Part shown: positions 17,043 to 25,500 of the stretch, in pieces
Numbering within the stretch: position 1 is the first letter of the stretch
Layout: every line of letters begins with the position of its first letter
Virus record (IMG/VR): IMGVR_UViG_3300044228_000999
Location: 1 to 30,317 of that record
Source of the DNA: a virus
Taxonomy: Duplodnaviria > Caudoviricetes
Direction: 5' to 3' (one strand)
DNA length: 30,317 nt
Made by a program: the position numbers and the translations under genes
Notes under the pieces: model-generated
Told to the model about the DNA's origin: nothing
What the model saw: only the letters and a program-made list of their open reading frames with translations
Databases searched by the model: none

Positions 17043-17689
17043 ATGAGAGGTATTCAGGTATAGTTACAAACTTTGGTGAATACGCTTATCATTTTCTAGG
17101 TTGCGGTGCTATTGGTAGTGCCGCAGCTGTGACAATGGCTAAGATGGGTGCAACTACTGTACATCTATATGATATGGATATAGTAGAAAGTCCTAATATA
17201 GGTGTTTCAGTATACGATAATAACGACTTACGTAAAACTAAAGTCGAAGCATTGAGAGATAGATTGCTTGCAATTAATCCATCAATGAATGTATATGCAC
17301 ATCATGGTGAGTTTAGGAATATATCACCAGAACATAATAACATTGTAATCATGGGATTTGATTCTATGGCTGCAAGGTTAGATGCAGTAACTAACATATT
17401 GAAACTAGAAAAACCAGATGTGTTGATAGACGGTAGAATGGGTGCAGAACACTATCAACAATACACATTTAAGAATCCTACATTGGCTCAGTATAAGAAG
17501 ACTTGGTACTCTGATGCTGAAGGTGATGATGATCCTTGCAATGCTAGAGCTACAAGTTATTGTAGTAATATGTCTGGTAGTTTTATATGCAATAGCGTAA
17601 AACAGATATTGAAAGAAGAACCTTATTGTAAAGATTTTACTTTCAATTTCCCAACTATGTCGCTAGATTCTACTGGATTATATACATAA
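17039..17689 (+). CDS. ThiF/MoeB-family E1-like adenylating enzyme
   Basis: GCGAIGS, YDMDIVESPN, KTKVEAL, GFDS...R, IDGRMG and candidate catalytic C167; ATGA-coupled. Confidence 0.92.
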   Translation: MNERYSGIVTNFGEYAYHFLGCGAIGSAAAVTMAKMGATTVHLYDMDIVESPNIGVSVYDNNDLRKTKVEALRDRLLAINPSMNVYAHHGEFRNISPEHNNIVIMGFDSMAARLDAVTNILKLEKPDVLIDGRMGAEHYQQYTFKNPTLAQYKKTWYSDAEGDDDPCNARATSYCSNMSGSFICNSVKQILKEEPYCKDFTFNFPTMSLDSTGLYT

Positions 17690-17696
17690 AATAAAT

Positions 17697-17762
17697 AACA
17701 AATATGCGGAGTGTTATACCTCTTCTATATCCACTATCTACTCATGGCTCCGCATGTTTGTT
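17697..17762 (+). terminator. 15-bp stem with 36-nt loop closing the Ubl operon
   Basis: AACAAATATGCGGAG / CTCCGCATGTTTGTT. Confidence 0.55.
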
Positions 17763-17763
17763 G

Positions 17764-17792
17764 TTGACTTTGTGTGTATTAATTAATATATT
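17764..17792 (+). promoter_or_regulatory. Sigma70-type promoter for the replication module
   Basis: TTGACT-17bp-TATATT. Confidence 0.7.
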
Positions 17793-17843
17793 ACAAGGCT
17801 CAATAGAGCATAATAATAATAAGAAACGAAAGGTAATTTGAAT

Positions 17844-18422
17844 ATGAAGTTCAAAGGTAAAGAATATACTGAAGTAAAAGATCGTTTAGATGCTTTCCTA
17901 TCTGAATACCCCGATGCTACAATAGAACCTAAGTTAGTTTCTGTAAATAATATTACAGATACTCCATCAGGTGAAAGATGTAACGAGTATTTAGTTATGG
18001 CTACAGTATACCCTGACAAAGAAAACAAACCTGAATGGTATTATGTTGGACACGCAGCAGAGCGTGACAATACAGGCTTTGTGAACAAAACATCAGCTCT
18101 AGAAAACTGTGAAACATCTGCAGTTGGTAGAGCATTAGCATTTGCTGGCTTTGGTGGAGGCTATTCAATAGCTTCAAAAGAAGAAGTAGACAATGCTAAA
18201 CTTGCACAAAAGAAATCTCATGTTACTGTTAAAGAACTAGAAGCATTAGATAAATTAGCTGCAACTGCTGCACCTTTTATGGGTGATGAAGCATACTTAA
18301 AATATAAAAAGCAAAGACAAGATGGTTATTTTGATACTAAAATACGTGTCAATACAACAACATCTTACTTTGAACAACAGATAAAAGATGGAGGAACTGA
18401 TGGCGAAAAAGAAAATGCCTAG
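17844..18422 (+). CDS. Single-strand annealing protein (Rad52/Sak-like)
   Basis: KGKEYTEVKDRL...GHAAE...VNKTSALENCETSAVGRALAFAG...IASKEEV. Confidence 0.7.
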   Translation: MKFKGKEYTEVKDRLDAFLSEYPDATIEPKLVSVNNITDTPSGERCNEYLVMATVYPDKENKPEWYYVGHAAERDNTGFVNKTSALENCETSAVGRALAFAGFGGGYSIASKEEVDNAKLAQKKSHVTVKELEALDKLAATAAPFMGDEAYLKYKKQRQDGYFDTKIRVNTTTSYFEQQIKDGGTDGEKENA

Positions 18423-18663
18423 TGAACATCGTATATCTGGTATGAATGAAGGAGACATTCAAGTTATATCAAATGACTTTGGTGATTATGTGTTAGTTAA
18501 ATTAGCATATAAGAAAGGTGATTATGGATATAACTTCATTGATAAAGAAAAGATACATAATGCATTAAATGATCATATGGATACACATAACGATGCAATG
18601 CAAGATGCTATCAATGATAAAACCACAGATTATATTAACGACAATATGGAGGATACTAAGTAA
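18400..18663 (+). CDS. Hypothetical protein
   Basis: GGAGG RBS favours ATG 18400; TAATG-coupled to next gene. Confidence 0.6.
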   Translation: MAKKKMPSEHRISGMNEGDIQVISNDFGDYVLVKLAYKKGDYGYNFIDKEKIHNALNDHMDTHNDAMQDAINDKTTDYINDNMEDTK

Positions 18664-19202
18664 TGGCTATTACAGGTACTAAAATAAGTAACAGAAGTGG
18701 TAAGATTCGTAATTATTTTGTTAATGATTGCACTATCACTGATGTTCAAGTAATGGATTCACAATACACAGATATGAGTTTAAAGTTACAGTTGACTGAT
18801 GACAACAATGGATATACTTATACTTGTTTTGTAAATCAGAACTTTGAGAAAGATACAAACAATGTAGTTACAGGGTTAGCATATCCTGATGATTTGAATA
18901 CATTATTTGTAGCAACAAAATGTGATCTGAATGTAAGTGATAATGGTACATTAGATACTAAATCATTAGAATCTTTAATGAATAAGCAAGTATCTTGTAT
19001 CAGTTACAAATCAACAGGTAAATACAAACGTAATACTTGGGGAGTTGTATCTAGTCCTCTTGCAAAAGAGCAACTAGAGTCACGATTTAATCAACAAATA
19101 GCAAAAGGTTATCCAAAAGACTATGATAAGTCTACATCCGAACCTGATGCAAAAGTAGAGACTGCTAAAGAAGTATTTAGTGGTCAGGAAGTACCATTTT
19201 AA
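18663..19202 (+). CDS. Putative ssDNA-binding protein
   Basis: Beta-rich, lies between annealing protein and primase, C-terminal ...EVPF tail. Confidence 0.55.
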   Translation: MAITGTKISNRSGKIRNYFVNDCTITDVQVMDSQYTDMSLKLQLTDDNNGYTYTCFVNQNFEKDTNNVVTGLAYPDDLNTLFVATKCDLNVSDNGTLDTKSLESLMNKQVSCISYKSTGKYKRNTWGVVSSPLAKEQLESRFNQQIAKGYPKDYDKSTSEPDAKVETAKEVFSGQEVPF

Positions 19203-19453
19203 TGAGTGCAAAAGATATAATAATTGCATGGTTGCAAAGCATTAAAAGTAAAAATAATGTTTTCTTCAGTTACGATTTGGAAAATGCTTTACCATTATAT
19301 GGTAGATTAGCACATCAAAAAGTACACACTGCAAGTACATATTCAAGAGCATTTAGAGACATACGCTCAAGTGATACTTTAAAGAAATATGGTATTACAT
19401 TAGAGGAAGTAGAACATAAAAGTGGGAAAGTAAAAGGATGGAAAATAGGATAG
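19202..19453 (+). CDS. Hypothetical protein, possibly winged-helix DNA-binding
   Basis: 83 aa basic; ASTYSRAFRDIR helix and C-terminal hairpin with W. Confidence 0.5.
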   Translation: MSAKDIIIAWLQSIKSKNNVFFSYDLENALPLYGRLAHQKVHTASTYSRAFRDIRSSDTLKKYGITLEEVEHKSGKVKGWKIG

Positions 19454-21228
19454 TAGAAATAGTTCAAGGAGGTATCAACAATAGAAATAAAATTGATACT
19501 TACACAAACTATTTAGAAATAGAAAAACAAAATGCGTTCAAGAAAGAAATGTATAGATCATACTACATGTTTGATAATACATTTGTTGATCATGTTATGA
19601 AGCATAAATCAGTTAAGAATTATTCTGGATTAATATATCCTGATAGAATAATTATTGACATAGACAAAGGAGATATTGATGGAGAATCTTTACAAAATTA
19701 TTTACGACATGTTTGTAATGAGTTGTTTGATTTTGGTATTGACAGTAGCCATATTAATATCTGGTTCAGTGGTACTGGTTATCATGTTGAGTTACTTAAT
19801 GTATTTGGGTTTCAACCAAATAAAAACTTACATACAAAAGTAAAAGCAACAATGACAGAACACTTTACATTTGGTGATAATATATACGATAAGACTAGAA
19901 TCATTAGATCAAAATGGTCACGTAATGTTAAAACTAATTTGTTTAAAGTTTGGTTACCATTGGAAGATATTTGGACAATAACATATGATGAAGTATGTTC
20001 AATAGCAAAGTCTAAGAAAACATACAATGATTATGAAAGATCCAAACCTAATTTTTATGCAACGTATAATGACGATAGCGTAATTGTTGAACCTTATCTA
20101 CAAAGTTCTATTATATCTAACATAAATAAAAATGTTAGTCTTACACCTATGAGAAGTGGTGATACTAATTCAGTAGTTACATGTGTGCAACATATATTTA
20201 ATGAAGGACCGACGCAAGGTTCAAGAAATAAAAATATGATGCGTATGGTAAGCTCTTGGAAAAGAGCTGGAATACCATTTATTGTAGCACTAAATGGTAT
20301 TGCTAAATGGTCTCAGGGTGAACTTGATATATCTGAAATAGAAAGAACAGTATCAAATGTGTATGACAATCAATACATTTACGGATGTGATGATGCTATA
20401 CTTATGGAATACTGTGATCCTAAATGTATACACTTCAAACGTAAAGATTATGTATTAGATATACGTGATGTAGCTTCATTAGAAGATACATTTAAACAGT
20501 ATATTGAAAATGATCTGACTGCAAGAAGTGTAAACATATCAGATGTATTCGAAGGAGCACCAGACTATGTATTTAAACCAGGAGAGTTAGTAATATTTTC
20601 TGGTGATACTGGTATGGGTAAGACTGCATTTGTACAAAATCTTGTAGCAAAAGCCAAGAAAGATACTTTGTTCTTATCATTAGAGATGAATGAAATATTA
20701 ATATGGAGAAGATTTGGACAGATTGCAAAGCAACAAACAAGTGATTGGATTATTAATCAATACAAAAATGATCCAGACTTTTCTTTGCAAGATGAATTAG
20801 ATCATCTAAATATAATGGTTATTGCTCCAGAAATTGAAGCTGTGAAAAGAGTTGTAGCACAATATGAACCTAATATATTAGTAGTAGATACTACTGATGA
20901 GATGCAAGTTGATAGGTTTGATGGTGATATTCAAAAACAAAATGTAATTATAGATGCACTCAAACAGATTGCACAACGTAATAACACTTTGATATTTGCA
21001 ATACATCATTTGAATAAAGCAAGTGCATCACAAGGTACAGTTGGGTTACACTCTTTGAAAGGCTCATCAAACGTTGTACAAAAAGCTGATAAAGTTATTG
21101 TTTTAAAAGGTAATCGTAACGAAATTTATAGGACTGTTATGTCTGAGAAATCAAGAGATGATGGTAGATTAGAATTTGTTACAGAGTTTAATCCTGAAAC
21201 AATGACATTTAAAAGAATAGAACTTTGA
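19438..21228 (+). CDS. AEP-family primase fused to RecA/DnaB-like helicase
   Basis: IIIDID, FSGTGYH, DNIYDKTRIIR; Cys-rich linker; Walker A GDTGMGKT, Walker B LVVD, LKGSSNVVQKAD, KSR. Confidence 0.85.
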   Translation: MENRIVEIVQGGINNRNKIDTYTNYLEIEKQNAFKKEMYRSYYMFDNTFVDHVMKHKSVKNYSGLIYPDRIIIDIDKGDIDGESLQNYLRHVCNELFDFGIDSSHINIWFSGTGYHVELLNVFGFQPNKNLHTKVKATMTEHFTFGDNIYDKTRIIRSKWSRNVKTNLFKVWLPLEDIWTITYDEVCSIAKSKKTYNDYERSKPNFYATYNDDSVIVEPYLQSSIISNINKNVSLTPMRSGDTNSVVTCVQHIFNEGPTQGSRNKNMMRMVSSWKRAGIPFIVALNGIAKWSQGELDISEIERTVSNVYDNQYIYGCDDAILMEYCDPKCIHFKRKDYVLDIRDVASLEDTFKQYIENDLTARSVNISDVFEGAPDYVFKPGELVIFSGDTGMGKTAFVQNLVAKAKKDTLFLSLEMNEILIWRRFGQIAKQQTSDWIINQYKNDPDFSLQDELDHLNIMVIAPEIEAVKRVVAQYEPNILVVDTTDEMQVDRFDGDIQKQNVIIDALKQIAQRNNTLIFAIHHLNKASASQGTVGLHSLKGSSNVVQKADKVIVLKGNRNEIYRTVMSEKSRDDGRLEFVTEFNPETMTFKRIEL

Positions 21229-21238
21229 AAGGAATACA

Positions 21239-21442
21239 ATGATAAAATACGAAAATAAAAAGTCAGATAATATACACAGAAAAGCATTAGTGTTTTTCAA
21301 CATGTTATCTATTGGAGTATATAAAAGCAATGCTTTAGGAAAACATTATGGATTCGTAATTGGAATAGGTGATAGAGAAATACATATCATACTAAGAAAA
21401 TGGGAAGATGATATTATGTTTGAGGAAGTATATGACGCATAA
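21239..21442 (+). CDS. Hypothetical protein
   Basis: 67 aa, AAGGA RBS. Confidence 0.6.
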   Translation: MIKYENKKSDNIHRKALVFFNMLSIGVYKSNALGKHYGFVIGIGDREIHIILRKWEDDIMFEEVYDA

Positions 21443-21758
21443 AAATAAAGTACGTGGTAACAATCTCGAAAGAGAAGTTGTCAATGCAGCTAAAGATGCT
21501 GGGCTCTCTGCAAAGAGGGCCTATGCCTCTGATGGTAGATCATTAGGTAAATCAGAAGTTGTTGACGTAATGGTAGAGGATTACTGTGTACAAGCAAAAC
21601 GTAGGAAAAAAATAGCAGCTTGGTTATATCCTGACAATCATGGTGATGACGTAGATATAGTTGTTACAAGGATGGATAGAAAAGAACCATTAGCTGTAAT
21701 ACCATTATCAGAATGGTTAAGATTAGTAAAAATAGAAAGGGACAATAATGATGATTGA
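21432..21758 (+). CDS. Holliday-junction resolvase-like PD-(D/E)XK nuclease
   Basis: RGNNLEREVV...DVMV...VQAKRRK; GAGG RBS favours ATG 21432. Confidence 0.8.
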   Translation: MTHKNKVRGNNLEREVVNAAKDAGLSAKRAYASDGRSLGKSEVVDVMVEDYCVQAKRRKKIAAWLYPDNHGDDVDIVVTRMDRKEPLAVIPLSEWLRLVKIERDNNDD

Positions 21759-21930
21759 AATGAATAAAGATGAAGCTACTATAATAATTAAGTTAGCTCA
21801 AAAAATTATTAAGGCTCTTGAAGATGAGCTAAAACAAAAGCATAACAAACAGATCAGAGAATCAGAAGATAATGAAGATAACACTGATCAGTATAAAGGT
21901 TATGTAAATAAAAGCGGGAGTTACGAATGA
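21748..21930 (+). CDS. Hypothetical protein
   Basis: 60 aa, overlapping coupled gene. Confidence 0.55.
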   Translation: MMIEMNKDEATIIIKLAQKIIKALEDELKQKHNKQIRESEDNEDNTDQYKGYVNKSGSYE

Positions 21931-22079
21931 GTGAACATGAAATGACATTAGTATTTTATAATCCAGCTGAAGTATTATTAGTGAAAGCAGCTTTAGTTAA
22001 CTATAAAAAAGCACCATTTGTATCTAAGCAAGAGATGATTATACTAGAAGAATTATTAGATCGTGTAAACGATTTATAG
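21927..22079 (+). CDS. Hypothetical 50-aa protein
   Basis: GGGAG RBS, ATGA overlap; MSEHEMTLVFYNPAEVLLVKAALVNYKK... Confidence 0.6.
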   Translation: MSEHEMTLVFYNPAEVLLVKAALVNYKKAPFVSKQEMIILEELLDRVNDL

Positions 22080-22104
22080 TATTTATTATCATATACTCAC
22101 TAAA

Positions 22105-22138
22105 AGGGGAGGAGTTTGCATGCTCTTCCCCTGTCTTT
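22105..22138 (+). terminator. Intrinsic terminator-like hairpin
   Basis: AGGGGAGGAG-8nt-CTCTTCCCCT followed by GTCTTT. Confidence 0.6.
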
Positions 22139-22142
22139 AGAC

Positions 22143-22257
22143 TTGGCCTACTAAATACGGCTTAAAAGGAGTCGGGCAGGTATTGAACCCTGTGTAACCC
22201 TTGCAAGCAAATACAAATTGGTTGGCAAACTATATTAGTATATTAACTGTAGGCCAA
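22143..22257. ncRNA. Candidate 115-nt structured element
   Basis: Ends pair perfectly (TTGGCCTAC/GTAGGCCAA) with internal stems. Confidence 0.35.
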
Positions 22258-22284
22258 AAAATTGAATAAAAAAAAGGAGAAAGA

Positions 22285-22584
22285 ATGGAAAAAGAAGAAA
22301 AAACATCAGCCACCGAAAAAGAAAAAAAAGAATGGAGCATTGAAAAAGAAGGACACTTAAATCCCAATAACATTATATTTACTGAAAAGATAAAAAAGAT
22401 GGTAGATGAAATAAAAGATAGTGGTCCAAAAGAAATAGAAGATGATCCAGGTTTATTAGTATGTACTATATGTAATACTGGTAGTAATCCTAGTGGTGAA
22501 ACAGATAAGTTTGGAGATATACATATAGGATACTGTGCAGGATGTGGAGATTGGGGTGAGTTTGTTTACGAATCAGAAATGTAA
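22285..22584 (+). CDS. Hypothetical protein with C-terminal zinc-ribbon-like motif
   Basis: CTIC...CAGC; AAGGAG RBS. Confidence 0.65.
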   Translation: MEKEEKTSATEKEKKEWSIEKEGHLNPNNIIFTEKIKKMVDEIKDSGPKEIEDDPGLLVCTICNTGSNPSGETDKFGDIHIGYCAGCGDWGEFVYESEM

Positions 22585-25500
22585 TTAGTCTTCGAACGTA
22601 CTGTAGTCAGCTACATCTAGTTCAGGTTCTTTTTGAGATTCAACTTGTTCTCTACGCAAAGTATGGAACTGACGTAATGGTAGTCCAGTCATGAAATCCA
22701 CAGCCATAGCTGGACTATTATACGTACGTAATCCATCACGTAGCAACCTACCATAAGGTAGATAACTATATGCAGTATAGTCTCTGAATTGTTCAAAGTC
22801 ACCGTTAAGTATTGCTGTAATAGGAGACAACACAAAACGACCAATAGGTGGTGTTACTATTTGTAGTGGTGCTAAGACAGGATGAGGATATGAACTAAAG
22901 AAAGCACGTTCACGTTCCTTTTTATCACCAAATAATAATGCAGTAGTATCTTGTAACCAATTCATTGGTGGTGATAAAGCATACTCAAAGATACTTGCAA
23001 CAAAAATGTTAGCCATAGCAAGAGCCATCAAGTCAAAAGTAAACTGTCTTTGAAACTTCTTGCTAGCTAACACCTCTCTATTCCACTCAACTTGTCTAGC
23101 TTCTTTAAACAACCTCATACGTCTACCAATACTATTCCATGCATATGGCTGGAATCTAGTCAATACACGACCAAGTGATGTATTAGCAAAGTTAGGTCTA
23201 AATGTAGCTTGATACATAAATTGAGAGGCTTCTATACCCTTCAATGCATAATTAACTAAAACAGGACTATCGTAAGCAACTTGTCCTTGAATATCTCCTA
23301 AAACATTTTCTTTCATATTAATATAATTAGCCAAGAATGCAGTACCACGCAGCTTACGTTCTGACCATTTCATAGGTAAAGCACCTATTTCAGTAATAGG
23401 TATTTCAAGTTTTAAATCTCTAATAACTTCCATTGTATTAGCTTTAGATCTTCTTTCATGCATTTCTTTTGTTTCTATTTCACCTCTTCTATAGTCACGA
23501 TTCATACGTCTTAAGTACTCTGAAAAGAACTCACGAAAACCTTTTCTACCAAAGTTTCTATCCATAGATACCATATCTAAAAACATCTGATCATATACAC
23601 CTAAAGATTCTAACCAGTTATCTATATCTTTTCTAGTTTCAAATCGTCTTTGTTCTACTTCACCAGTTTTTTCATTAATAAATTTATATTCTGCACCTTC
23701 TAACATTTTTAAAACATACTCAGTAGAGTTTGCTTTTCTAAAAGAACTCCAACCTGTATCAGATATGGTATTCATAGTACCACCATATAAATTAGTTATT
23801 GCAGTTTTAGGGTGAGATAATAAGGATAATAACTCAAACTTACCTTCAAGATCACTTAATCCTCTTATTCTTTGTAGCGTTGCATGTCTTTTTTCTGATT
23901 CATTAGTAGGTAGTTTACCAAATAACTTACCACCAAACATTTTATTTATACCATCAAAAAACTTAACAGCTTTCTCATCACTTGTAAAATGATACAATGA
24001 ATTATATTTACCTGTAGTATTTACATTGTTTACTAATTCATTAGCTCTAGATCTTTGTAATGATGCAACTTCTGCTTTAGCTTTAGATACATCATTATTA
24101 TTTCTAATCAATATAGCTTTTTTCTCATATCCTGTTACTCTTATAGCTGCACTAAAGTCAATTACTTTTTCTCTGTCAGCAACATTCAATCTCAAACCAT
24201 CTAACTTAAAATTATTTTTTATATATCTTTGATATAATCTTTTATCTTTAGCTTCAATACCATGTATATTTAATGCTTTATAGTTAGACATACCCATCAT
24301 ATTAGTAAAAGCATCACGCATATATTTAGCCCAGTTATCAGCAAACTCTTCTTTTTTATTTACCTTTTCAAACCTTCTTAATAATAATTCAGTTCTTAAT
24401 CCAGCTAAATTAGTTAAATGTGCCTTTACTAACTTCTGTTTATATCTTTTTAATACATCCATATCTTTTCTATAGAATGGTAAAAACTCTTCACTACGGG
24501 CTTTAAACATACCAGCTGTATACTCACCTATAAATCCTCTATTTGACGGCCTTGTAAGCATATCTATAACCATTCTTTCACTAGCTGTAGCACCATCAGT
24601 AGCAGTAAATTCTATTTGTCTATCAAATTTAGCTTGTTGTATTTCTTTATATGCTAATATTGCTTCAGTAGGTGTCATCTCACCATACTTCAATGCCATT
24701 CTTATTTCCAATGGTATTGTATTAGATTCTAATCCACCTGGTTCTTTTAATAATTTTATATCATCTTGTATTCTTTTTTCTTGAAACTCTTTTATTTTAG
24801 GTATGTTAGCTTCTATATCAAAGTGTCCCATTCTGTGCCAATATCCACGCTGTACATCACCAACAATAGTTTTAGCATATTGTTCACTACCAATAAAATT
24901 ACTTGTAGCTTTCATTATTTGTTTTCTTAATGCAGTATTTTTAATGGGTTTATCTAAGTCTGTATTCTTAAATCTAAATGCTAATCTATCTTTATTGTGC
25001 ATATGATACATAATAAAATTTAAATCATTAATACTAAACAACTCATTAAATACACTACGATCTGGTCTGTCTAAAGAATCAAACTTTTTAAATGCTAAGT
25101 GTACAAGCTTCTCATCTATGATACCGCTCTTACGTAAGAATATTTTTTCTAATTGTTGCGTACCATATTCAGGATGGTCTTTTTCTACAATGTTAGTTGT
25201 TCTTTTATAACCACCTAAAGGTACTTTAAGTGATCTCATATATTTACCTATAGCTTCATAGTTACTTTGTATATATCCCTTCTTAATAGAAATATAATCT
25301 TCTTTAGCAACGTTAGCTATTTGTTCAGCAAACTCTTGTGCTGAAATCATAGTAGACTTACCTTCTTTACCTTGTTTAAATGGAAACTTTACACCATCTA
25401 ATTTTTTTATTGTAGCTAATGAATCATCATAAGCTTTTTTAATACGTTTCTTTTCAGATACTTTAGCACCAGTAGGATATAAACCACCAGAATATTCTAT

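Noticed and set aside
17039-17689. thiF/moeB auxiliary metabolic gene for thiamine or molybdopterin synthesis
   Set aside because: No pathway partners; coupling to JAB and E2-like genes fits conjugation better
13232-20027. Minus-strand ORFs 13232, 16493, 17783, 19812
   Set aside because: Antisense to coupled plus-strand genes
22160-22200. tRNA gene or attP site
   Set aside because: Only a T-arm-like fragment, no D arm or acceptor 5' strand, and no integrase in the window
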